Part shown: positions 37,106 to 48,186 of the stretch, piece by piece
Layout: each line of letters begins with the position of its first letter
Position numbering within the stretch: position 1 is the stretch's first letter
Assembly (NCBI GenBank): GCA_950097015.1
Contig: CATNEN010000007.1
Coordinates: 10,974,001 to 11,038,000 of the forward strand
Reading direction: 5' to 3'
Source of the DNA: Macrostomum hystrix
Lineage: Eukaryota > Animalia > Platyhelminthes
Length of the DNA stretch: 64,000 nucleotides
Notes under the pieces: model-generated
Seen by the model: only the letters and a program-made list of their open reading frames with translations
Told to the model about the DNA's origin: nothing
The model's database searches: none
Position numbers and translations under genes: made by a program

Positions 37106-40100
37106 TCACTCCACAGTCTCCACAAAGCCGCACTCCTTCAGCCCTGCGTAGAACTTGCCCTCCAGATCTTCCAGATCCTCCAGATCCGACTTCTTGGTGT
37201 ACAGCCGAACAATGGTCATGGCCAGCGAGGACAGCAGCAGGTCCGGGAACTGCGGAGGAGGAGTTGGGGTGGTGGTTGATGATCACAGACCGATTGAAAC
37301 ACAACCCTATCTATATGCAGGTCGTGGGAAACTCTCAGGCACCGCTAAATGCCGCAGCTGAGTTTGCAGCTAGCGTTAAAATCTGGGCCAAGTTTGAGAG
37401 GCTGCAGACCGGCTTGTCCCTGACAGCGACCTGCAGGCTTGCTGAGCCATTCCAGACACATCTGGGGTGTCCGGTTTCAGATTGCCTGGAGGGCCTCAGT
37501 GCCTGGCGCAGCCTTGCCACCCAGACTGCTGCCGTCAGAGGCATAAATGGGCCCGAGGTAAATCATTTGAGTCAATAGAGAAGCATTTGAGTCAATAGAG
37601 AAGCATTTGAGTCAGTACAGAAGCATTTGAGTCAGTAGAGAAGCATTTGAGTCAATAGAGAAGCATTTGAGTCAATAGAGAAGCATTTGAGTCAGTAGAG
37701 AAGCATTTGAGTCAGTAGAGAAGCATTTGAGTCAGTAGAGAAGCATTTGAGTCAGTAGAGAAGCATTTGAGTCAGTAGAGAAGCATTTGAGTCAATAGAG
37801 AAGCATTTGAGTCAGTACAGAAGCATTTGAGTCAGTAGAGAAGCATTTGAGTCAGTAGAGAAGCATTTGAGTCAGTAGAGAAGCATTTGAGTCAGTAGAG
37901 AAGCATTTGAGTCAGTAGAGAAGCATTTGAGTCAGTAGAGAAGCATTTGAGTCAGTAGAGAAGCATTTGAGTCAGTAGAGAAGCATTTGAGTCAGTAGAG
38001 AAGCATTTGACTTACTTGACTTAGCGGCAGGGAGCCTCCATGACGGACGCAGCGAGGAGGCGGCAGATGCCGCCCATATCGCTAACCCCTGGCAGGAGAA
38101 GCATTTGAGTCAGTAGAGAAGCATTTGAGTCAATAGAGAAGCATTTGAGTCAGTAGAGAAGCATTTGAGTCAGTAGAGAAGCATTTGAGTCAATAGAGAA
38201 GCATTTGAGTCAGTAGAGAAGCATTTGAGTCAATAGAGAAGCATTTGAGTCAATAGAGAAGCATTTGAGTCAATAGAGAAGCATTTGAGTCAGTAGAGAA
38301 GCATTTGAGTCAGTATAGAAGCATTTGAGTCAATAGAGAAGCATTTGAGTCAGTAGAGAAGCATTTGAGTCAGTAGAGAAGCATTTGAGTCAGTAGAGAA
38401 GCATTTGAGTCAGTAGAGAAGCATTTGAGTCAGTAGAGAAGCATTTGAGTCAATAGAGAAGCATTTGAGTCAGTACAGAAGCATTTGAGTCAGTAGAGAA
38501 GCATTTGAGTCAGTAGAGAAGCATTTGAGTCAGTAGAGAAGCATTTGAGTCAGTAGAGAAGCATTTGAGTCAGTAGAGAAGCATTTGAGTCAGTAGAGAA
38601 GCATTTGAGTCAGTAGAGAAGCATTTGAGTCAGTAGAGAAGCATTTGAGTCAGTAGAGAAGCATTTGACTTACTTGACTTAGCGGCAGGGAGCCTCCATG
38701 ACGGACGCAGCGAGGAGGCGGCAGATGCCGCCCATATCGCTAACCCCTGGCAGGAGAAGCATTTGAGTCAGTAGAGAAGCATTTGAGTCAATAGAGAAGC
38801 ATTTGAGTCAGTAGAGAAGCATTTGAGTCAGTAGAGAAGCATTTGAGTCAATAGAGAAGCATTTGAGTCAGTAGAGAAGCATTTGAGTCAATAGAGAAGC
38901 ATTTGAGTCAATAGAGAAGCATTTGAGTCAATAGAGAAGCATTTGAGTCAGTAGAGAAGCATTTGAGTCAGTAGAGAAGCATTTGAGTCAGTAGAGAAGC
39001 ATTTGAGTCAATAGAGAAGCATTTGAGTCAGTAGAGAAGCATTTGAGTCAGTAGAGAAGCATTTGAGTCAATAGAGAAGCATTTGAGTCAGTATAGAAAG
39101 GGAAGCGTTTGAGACGTTAAAGAGGCGTTCGAAACGTTTCCATGACACTGCTTGTCATCACAAATCATCAGCATAAAAAACCGACCGGGGGCCAGTCACA
39201 AGTCACAAGTCTGCTCACCAACAGGCTCTTTTCGCTGCAGAGCTGGCCCCTCTCTGGCTCCAGCTTGGTGTAATAGTACACCTCGCTGAGCGGGTGGCTC
39301 AGGCCGGAGCCGTAGTCGATCTTACGTAGCTCAGCCACGGTGCCAGGTTCCTCCCTGTTCCACTTCTCAAGGAATTTCCTGGCTGCAGCTACAGACTTCA
39401 TGTAGTCCTGCTGCCCCTCCGGAGCCTTCAGCGCGAGGCGCGCCGTGGCCACGCGGCGGTACATCTTCCGAGTGACCAGGCGCTGCATTAACTCCTTGGC
39501 TACTGGGCCGCAGTGCTCCGTCAGCAGCAGCTCCAGGCGGGCGTCAGTGAGCCAGCAGAGCGACTCGATTGAGCCGGACTGATCTAGCAGGTAGCGGCGG
39601 GCTGTTTCATTTGCCTCAGAGCTACCTGACTCCAGGTACTCGCGACCGGCTTGCAGAGCATCGCCCAGACTACGGATAGTGATCAGGTAGGTGTGAGATG
39701 CTTCAGGTGGGTGATGGAATGCTTCAGGTAGGTGTGGGATGCTTCAGGTAGGTGTGGGATGCTTCAGGTAGGTGTGGGATGCTTCAGGTAGGTGTGGGAT
39801 GCTTCAGGTAGGTGTGGGATGCTTCAGGTGGGTGATGGGATGCTTCAGATAGGTGTGGGATGCTTCAGGTGGGTGATGGGATGCTTCAGGTAGGTGTGGG
39901 ATGCTTCAGGTGGGTGATGGGATGCTTCAGGTAGGTGTGGGATGCTTCAGGTGGGTGATGCAATGCTTCAGGTGGGTGTGGGATGCTTCAGGTGGGTGAT
40001 GCAATGCTTCAGGTGGGTGTGGGATGCTTCAGGTGGGTGATGCAATGCCTCAGTTAGGTGTGGGATGCTTCAGGTGGGTGATGCAATGCTTCAGTTAGGT

Positions 40101-43100
40101 GTGGGATGCTTCAGGTGGGTGATGGCATGCTTCAGGTGGGTGATGGGATGCTTCAGGTAGGTGTGGGATGCTTCAGGTGGGTGATGCAATGCTTCAGGTG
40201 GGTGTGGGATGCTTCAGGTAGGTGATGCAATGCTTCAGTTAGGTGTGGGATGCTTCAGGTGGGTGATGGCATGCTTCAGGTGGGTGATGGGATGCTTCAG
40301 GTGGGTGATGGGATGCTTCAGGTAGGTGTGGGATGCTTCAGGTGGGTGATGCAATGCTTCAGGTGGGTGTGGGATGCTTCAGGTGGGTGATGCAATGCCT
40401 CAGTTAGGTGTGGGATGCTTCAGGTGGGTGATGCAATGCTTCAGGTGGGTGTGGGATGCTTCAGGTGGGTGATGCAATGCTTCAGTTAGGTGTGGGATGC
40501 TTCAGGTGGGTGATGGCATGCTTCAGGTGGGTGATGGGATGCTTCAGGTGGGTGATGGGATGCTTCAGGTGGGTGATGGGATGCTTCAGGTGGGTGATGG
40601 GATGCTTCAGGTGGGTGATGGGATGCTTCAGGTGGGTGATGGGATGCTTCAGGTGGGTGATGGGATGCTTCAGGTGGGTGATGGGATGCTTCAGGTGGGT
40701 GATGGGATGCTTCAGGTGGGTGATGGGATGCTTCAGGTGGGTGATGGGATGCTTCAGGTGGGTGATGGGATGCTTCAGGTAAGGTGTGGGATGCTTCAGG
40801 TGGGTGATGCAATGCTTCAGGTAGGTGTGGGATGCTTCAGGTGGGTGATGGGATGCCTCAGGTGGGTGATGGGATGCTTCAGGTGGGTGATGGGATGCTT
40901 CACTGATGGTGATGGGAGCATCACTCACAGCTTCTCGAAGCCAATGACCTTGATGTGCTGATAGCCAACGTAGTGGTTGACCCTGCGGGCCACCAGCAGC
41001 TGGATGTACTCCAGAACCTGCTTGTCACGGATGACCAGCAGGTTCCGCTTTTCGCCGCTCTCAGACTGGCACGGCAGCACCCTCAGCATGGCGAGCTGGC
41101 GCTGGCAGTCCATGCGGTTGTTCAGGCCCAGGTAGTACGAGTCCCGGTTGATGTAGTCCCACTTGTCCACGTCAAAGCCTGTGCGCTTGTTGTTGATGAT
41201 CTGCGGATAAACCAATGACCTGGCTATGCCACAATGACCTGGCTATGCCACAATGACCTGGCTATGCCACAATGACCTGGCTATGCCACAATGACCTGGC
41301 TATGCCACAATGACCTGGCTATGCCACAATGACCTGGCTATGACCATACAGTTCCGACTCAAGCTCACCTCATACAAAAAATGTCTCTTTGGCGGTATCT
41401 TCCCCTTCCCATTGTCTGGCGCGCCCAGCACGAGCTGCTTGATAAGCTCGCGGTTCGAGCCGCCTGAGGCTGGGTGCTCTGGTCTCCTGGTCATGAAGTC
41501 CCTGAAGTCTTGGGCGCCTGGCTGATCCTGGGCAGACACTTTCTCGATGATTCTATCGATGAGTTGCACACTCATATCTTCATGGTGATAGTTCTGATAC
41601 AGACCTCCAGTCTTCACCAGGGTCTCCCACAGGTGCGAGAACGGACCGTGGCCCAGGTCATGGCAGAGACCGGCCAGAGCCACGCACAGAACCTCATCGT
41701 CAGTGAGCGTCGTGTCCGGGGTCGTGGCGCGAGCCTTCAGCTTCTTGGCGAGCTGCCAGGCCAGGTGGTACGTGCTGCAATGTGAGCAGTGTGCTGGCTG
41801 GCGCACGCAAAGTCACACACTGCTCAACCTCACAGCACTCCAGTCTCACACTGCTCAACTCACAGCACTCCAGTCTCACACTGCTCAACTCACAGCACTC
41901 CAGTCTCACACTGCTCAACTCACAGCACTCCAGTCTCACACTGCTCAACTCACAGCACTCCAGTCTCACACTGCTCAACTCACAGCACTCCAGTCTCACA
42001 CTGCTCAACTCACAGCACTCCATGACTCACCCAACAGAATGCTCAAAGCGGCTGTGAGTAGCAGACGGGTACACCAGGTACGTGACCCCCAGCTGTTTTA
42101 GGTGCCGCAGGCGCTGGAACTCAGCTGTGCCCATGATGAGCTCGGCAAACTTGTGGATCTCGATGGTGCCGTGAATGGGGTCGTTGATCACCTGCGGAAT
42201 TCGGTGTTGGTTCTGGTCTCAGGCTTTGGCTTTTATTGAAGTTTGAGATCATTCTGATATGAGCTGATGATTCGCTTGAGACTGTCCTAAATCAGCTTAA
42301 ATCACAGTACAACAAGCTCAAATTGTTCCGCATAAATGTAAGCTAACATCACCTAACACCGCAACCAGGGACTTTACCTTAGCGTTCTGAAAGATTGCGT
42401 ATAGGAAACTTATTAAAGCTGCTGGCAAAATACACAAAGAGCAAAGTGAATTAACTAGGAAGCAATCTTGTAACAAAAATAATCGAGTCACCAAAAAATT
42501 AAATCAACAATTTGAGACCTAAGATGGATTGAATAAGCCTGAAAAGAAAAGCCTGCCATGCTCACGAACTTGGAGTGCCAAAGCAGTTGAAGATAATTGA
42601 CTCAATATATTTATTGCACTGCAAAAATGCTAGAGCTAAGGGTCGGGGGGTCAGGGGTCTGCTCCCTGTGCCACTTCAGGCGAGTCAGAATCTGGTCAGC
42701 ATCTCGGAGCCCAGCACTGCAGAGTTAGCAAAATAATCCAGCCACTCGAGCTGCAGCCTGGTACCGACGTCTTCAGCTCTCGAAGAAATCCCTGGCGGAT
42801 GCGGCAGCTGAAAGTTGTCGACAACTCTGGAGGAGAGCACAGCAGTGGTGTCGTTGGCGGCGCACCCAAAGCACGACTCGTCGACGGTTGTGATGACACC
42901 GCCGAGGCTGACGGCCGCCGGCATGAAGCGAACAATCGGCGCGTAGTGGTGCGAGGCCTTGCTCACAGCGGTCAGGGGGCAGCGGAGCAGCGCAGGAGCT
43001 GTTTGATCCCGGCGGCGCGGGTCAGCGCAGGAGGATGATGACAGGCGGGAGCCAGCTGACACGGCATCGATGTCCACCGATTGCTCCTCCAGCAGCCGCA

Positions 43101-44201
43101 GGTTGAAGTCAGCTTCAGGGTTCATGAAGGACACAAAAGCGAGGCCACAGCAGTGCACGAAGGTGCTTCCGCGCAGGATGTCTTCGGCCACCTTGCTGAG
43201 GCAGATGGCGAGGTGAACAGTGTCAGCTGCCGCGGCAGTGTCGGGTCCGGAGGATGACGCGGAGGGCTGAGGCTTCATTGACAGCAGCAGGCGCCCAGCA
43301 GTGCCGGAGGTCTCTGACTGCCGCCTTTCCAGCAGCGATGTGAGCAGCTGCTCGCAGGTGCGCGGGTCGCCGCAGCGGTCCTTGTAGCGGAGCTGGAGCC
43401 GGCTGAAATCGGACCCAACGCCGCTATCGGCGTAGACTTGAACTCGGCAGCGCGTCAGCAGCTCGATGGCGCGCAGCTGCGGGTCAGACGGTCGCTGCAG
43501 CAGGCGTATGCAGTCAGATGACATCAGGAACTGCTCCGACCGCTGGCCGGAGGTCGAGGACCCTTCTTTGAATTGCGGCGACTGCAATGGCAGCAAAGGC
43601 GGCATCGGCGGCGGCGCCAACGGCTTTGAGGTGTCCTCGGCTAACTTGGAGGCATTGCGCGGCGTCAAGCGTGGCATTGGCACGGGCTTCAGTAGCATCT
43701 CAGCTGCTTGGTAAGTGGCTCTCTTGCCTTGCCCATGGCTCAGCCCGTGAGTTGCCAAAATTTTATGGACACTCGAGTTGTCTATGGCCCGACTCGGGCA
43801 CCGAAGAGCAAGCCATTCTCAGTCACTTCATGCCAGTCAATTTCAATTAGCTTTATGCAAGCTGTTTGCTTTGTCCTCATGAATTACTAGGCAACATTTG
43901 CGGGTTGAATAAGTTGCCCTTGGCCTTATGTCAAGTTGCAATTGGAACAGTAACTATCTTAGTAATCAATATAAGTCCATACATTAGTTACAACGATAGT
44001 TACAAGTTGTTCGCTATTCTAATTGGCTCTTTCTAAAGTCTTCAATTTGTATTTTCCCATAAGTTTTAATGATTATTTTTACACTTTTACAAGCCCCTTG
44101 CTCTATATAGCTATTGTGATAGCAATATATCTAAAATTAGTTCCAGGATTGGGTGCTTAAATCTCAAATGAACTTACTTTCAGAGCAGTAGGACTATCCA
44201 T
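37106..44201 (-). CDS. SAMHD1: SAMHD1-like HD-domain dNTP triphosphohydrolase, paralogue A (no SAM domain); exons 44178-44201 (putative), 42031-42191, 41369-41774, 40929-41200, 39219-39669, 37106-37249
   Basis: [49 protein letters not shown] and YQH; all junctions are GT-AG and phase-compatible. The first exon (MDSPTALK) is less certain. Confidence 0.88.
37563..39097 (+). repeat. 20-bp intronic minisatellite (AGAAGCATTTGAGTCAGTAG) with two identical ~85-bp GC-rich inserts
   Basis: Inserts at 38011 and 38669, 658 bp apart. Confidence 0.97.
39684..40902 (+). repeat. 20/21-bp intronic minisatellite (GATGCTTCAGGTGGGTGATGG)
   Basis: Visible directly; fills an intron of paralogue A. Confidence 0.97.
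41213..41343 (+). repeat. 19-bp intronic minisatellite (AATGACCTGGCTATGCCAC)
   Basis: Visible directly. Confidence 0.95.
41813..42022 (+). repeat. 30-bp intronic minisatellite
   Basis: CTGCTCAACTCACAGCACTCCAGTCTCACA x ~7. Confidence 0.95.
42685..43758 (-). CDS. Uncharacterised intronless ORF (~340-357 aa)
   Basis: 1.07-kb GC-rich open frame with exon-like composition in AT-rich surroundings; first ATG at 43699; no recognisable domain. Confidence 0.55.
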   Translation of the reverse strand: MATHGLSHGQGKRATYQAAEMLLKPVPMPRLTPRNASKLAEDTSKPLAPPPMPPLLPLQSPQFKEGSSTSGQRSEQFLMSSDCIRLLQRPSDPQLRAIELLTRCRVQVYADSGVGSDFSRLQLRYKDRCGDPRTCEQLLTSLLERRQSETSGTAGRLLLSMKPQPSASSSGPDTAAAADTVHLAICLSKVAEDILRGSTFVHCCGLAFVSFMNPEADFNLRLLEEQSVDIDAVSAGSRLSSSSCADPRRRDQTAPALLRCPLTAVSKASHHYAPIVRFMPAAVSLGGVITTVDESCFGCAANDTTAVLSSRVVDNFQLPHPPGISSRAEDVGTRLQLEWLDYFANSAVLGSEMLTRF

Positions 44202-45289
44202 GACAAAGGGCCTTATACTCTGGAAAAAGAAATGGTTCATCTTGGTTAGCCTTTTTAGCTAATTTACAAACTAAAATTTGATTGATAAGCACATAGCCAT
44301 CACTAATACGAGTACAATTAGAATTAAATCAAATTTACTGCATATGCCTAAGCAAAACATTGACTTGTTACATTAATAGGGGGCCTAAATTTAATGCAAT
44401 TTATGTATACATGATAAATTTAGATCAATTCATAAATTTTCTTTATTTAACTTGAGGTAGATGAATTCGATGTTGACCAAAATACTAAAATTAGTATTTG
44501 GTATTGATCTACAAAAGGTTTAAGATCAGCAAGGTACTGTCTATTTTTATGTATAACTTTTTTTCTAGATTTACAAGGTTAACAAAGAACAAAAAATATT
44601 ATTATGCTAAATGCACACAAAATACTCGTAGTTGAACTTAACAAGCTATCTTTTTATAACATAAGTTTATTTGCTGCTACTGTTCTAAAATTTTAGCTAC
44701 ACACTATGGACATGGTGAATTTAAAATCTAAATTCTTTCCCATGCTATCCCATTCGTTTGTAAGCAAAAAAATATAGAGAAAACTAAAATTAATCAAAAT
44801 TTTGTACAACTGGATATCTATATTGTATTATCTGATGTCTGACATATTTTCTGACAATACATGAAAACATTAACTAGCAAGTAAAAACGTGTCTAGCTAG
44901 TTAAAACAATATGAATTAATGGAGTGTTTAATCTTTAATGGAAATAAAAGTGGATAGGCCCCTAAAAAACGTTGAGTTTAAGTGTAATAGCAGCTTTAGG
45001 CGCATTTTAAGAACAATCATGGACTTTCACTTTATTGCTTCAAAGAAAATAACGCATTTAAATTTTCGCAACAAAAAGTTTCGCAAAACAAAACTTTTTT
45101 TGCTTTCCTGAAGATGCTTGAGTGTACCGAGAATATGGTTTAATAACTTTCTAACGTTTTATTAAAACGAATGGATGGTATTATTAAAATGTGTATCAGC
45201 CATGAAGCCCCACTTCAACCGATGACCGACCGCCCAGCAAAGGAACACAAGAAGAAGACAGGCTGACAGGCGCAGACAGGCAGACAGAA

Positions 45290-45610
45290 GATATAGGATA
45301 AGACAGCCTGATCAGACCCGATGCACATGTAGGATAAGACAGTGTTGTCAGACCCGATGCACATATCGGATAAGACAGTGTTGTCAGACCCGATGCACAT
45401 GTAGGATAAGACAGTGTTGTTGCAGACCCGATGCACATATCGGATAAGACAGTGTTGTCAGACCCGATGCAAATGTAGGATAAGACAGTGTTGTCAGACC
45501 CGATGCACATGTAGGATAAGACAGTGTTGTTGCAGACCCGATGCACATATAGGAGTGTTGCAGACCCGATGCACATGTAGGTCGAGTGTTGTAAGACCCG
45601 ATGCACATTA
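45290..45610 (+). repeat. ~36-39-bp minisatellite (CAGACCCGATGCACATGTAGGATAAGACAGTGTTGT)
   Basis: Visible directly; reverse complement related to the 44-bp array at 46030. Confidence 0.92.
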
Positions 45611-46029
45611 CGCACGAGCTCGTAGGGCATCTTACGCATGGGAGTTTGTTCATCGGCTGAAGCTAGGGCAGATGTGACTGATTTATCTGGGATTTCTGGC
45701 GCATGGTTCCGTGAACGGTGTACTTTACTAAGTAGTATCCTTGCTCACGTTTCAACCCTTTACTTTAAGACTTCACATATACTCTTTCTGTTGAATAGCT
45801 ATAAGCCTTTTAGCCTTACTTATGAGCCGCGATAACTGGACCGTGGCCTTCAGACAAAAACTCTGCAGTTTCCATGCACCCATCACAAGCTGAGGGCGGA
45901 TGTCTGATGGAGAGTAAGGCTTGCTTGATCAGCTACATATGTACAAAGGGCTGCTGATCAGAATTCAATTTCGCATTACCACATTAAATCGGAGGTTTTA
46001 ATCAAGGTGTAAACTAGACCGTGCTATAG

Positions 46030-47383
46030 CCTACACATACATCGGGTCTGGCAAGTGACAAACTGTCATATCCTACACACATACATCGGGTCTGGTAAGT
46101 GACAAACTGTCATACCCTACACACATACATCGGGTCTGGCAAGTGACAAACTGTCATATCCTACACACATACATCGGGTCTGACAAGTGACAAACTGTCA
46201 TATCCTACACACATACATCGGGTCTGACAAGTGACAAACTGTCATACCCTACACACATACATCGGGTCTGGCAAGTGACAAACTGTCATACCCTACACAC
46301 ATACATCGGGTCTGGCAAGTGACAAACTGTCATACCCTACACACATACATCGGGTCTGACAAGTGACAAACTGTCATATCCTACACACATACATCGGGTC
46401 TGACAAGTGACAAACTGTCATACCCTACACACATACATCGGGTCTGACAAGTGACAAACTGTCATATCCTACACACATACATCGGGTCTGACAAGTGACA
46501 AACTGTCATACCCTACACACATACATCGGGTCTGACAAGTGACAAACTGTCATATCCTACACACATACATCGGGTCTGGCAAGTGACAAACTGTCATATC
46601 CTACACACATACATCGGGTCTGGCAAGTGACAAACTGTCATACCCTACACACACATCGGGTCTGACAAGTGACAAACTGTCATATCCTACACACATACAT
46701 CGGGTCTGACAAGTGACAAACTGTCATACCCTACACACATACATCGGGTCTGGCAAGTGACAAACTGTCATATCCTACACACATACATCGGGTCTGACAA
46801 GTGACAAACTGTCATACCCTACACACATACATCGGGTCTGGCAAGTGACAAACTGTCATATCCTACACACATACATCGGGTCTGGCAAGTGACAAACTGT
46901 CATATCCTACACACATACATCGGGTCTGGCAAGTGACAAACTGTCATACCCTACACACATACATCGGGTCTGGCAAGTGACAAACTGTCATATCCTACAC
47001 ACATACATCGGGTCTGACAAGTGACAAACTGTCATACCCTACACACATACATCGGGTCTGGCAAGTGACAAACTGTCATATCCTAAACACATACATCGGG
47101 TCTGACAAGTGACAAACTGTCATACCCTACACACATACATCGGGTCTGACAAGTGACAAACTGTCATATCCTACACACATACATCGGGTCTGACAAGTGA
47201 CAAACTGTCATACCCTACACACATACATCGGGTCTGACAAGTGACAAACTGTCATACCCTACACACATACATCGGGTCTGACAAGTGACAAACTGTCATA
47301 CCCTAAACACATACATCGGGTCTGACAAGTGACAAACTGTCATACCCTACACACATACATCGGGTCTGGCAAGTGACAAACTG
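46030..47383 (+). repeat. 44-bp minisatellite, ~30 copies
   Basis: CATACATCGGGTCTG(G/A)CAAGTGACAAACTGTCATA(T/C)CCTACACA. Confidence 0.97.
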
Positions 47384-48186
47384 CCGAGATTGGAGCACCC
47401 ATCATGCAGGGTTGCCACACATCCAACAGCAATCTTGGCTAGGCGGCTTTGGGCCGGAGCATGAGCATGCTCTGATCCTAGCCCGGCTTGAGACCACACT
47501 TTTTGCAGCTCCGTTCCGACGAGGCGGTTGGTCATCGGGTGGCCGCTTAGGTCTGCCGGCTGAGATTGCGGAGTGAGTTGTATAATGAACTAATGAAAGA
47601 GAAGCAAGCTAAAAGCTATATTTGTCAAGAAGAAAATGATTTTCTAAGCTATTTTATCGCTGTCATAAACAACCTGTTAAAACTTTGCATTTAGTAAAAG
47701 CCATACTGGCAGAGGCCATTAAAATACGAGTTACGAATTCAAAGTACTCATAGTTCTTTGCTGCATGATTTGCAAGAGATGCAATCCACCAGTGATCACC
47801 AGATGTGCCTAGCTTTTATGCGTATTCTCTGTCTCTCTCTAGAATTATTTTTTGTCTGACCAGTACTGCTCCCCGAAGGGGGGGCAAAACTTGCTAGTCT
47901 AAGTATCTAAAACTCTAAATAAATAAGAAACTGCATTTGAAAATTAACCATCCACCAAGCAATAATGGTGCGTAAGAATGATGTTATTTATTTCTTATAA
48001 GTATACAGGCGTGGAGATATAGCTAATGAGAATTCCGCTTTATTCTGAACATGACAAAGTAGATCCGATCAGACCAACGCAAAGCCAGAAATGAGTTTTA
48101 TTTTTTTTTAAAGTTTTTGAGTTTTCAAATGGCTTTCAAAACGTGTTTATGATGAGTCTATCCGCTGCACTTTTACCGCCACATTC

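Noticed and set aside
37563-39097. CRISPR-like appearance of short repeats with inserts
   Set aside because: Repeats are head-to-tail without unique spacers, the two inserts are identical, there are no cas genes, and the context is eukaryotic.
40456-40961. Repetitive ORFs (MLQVGDG / HHPPEAS)
   Set aside because: 21-bp intronic minisatellite, open in several frames on both strands.
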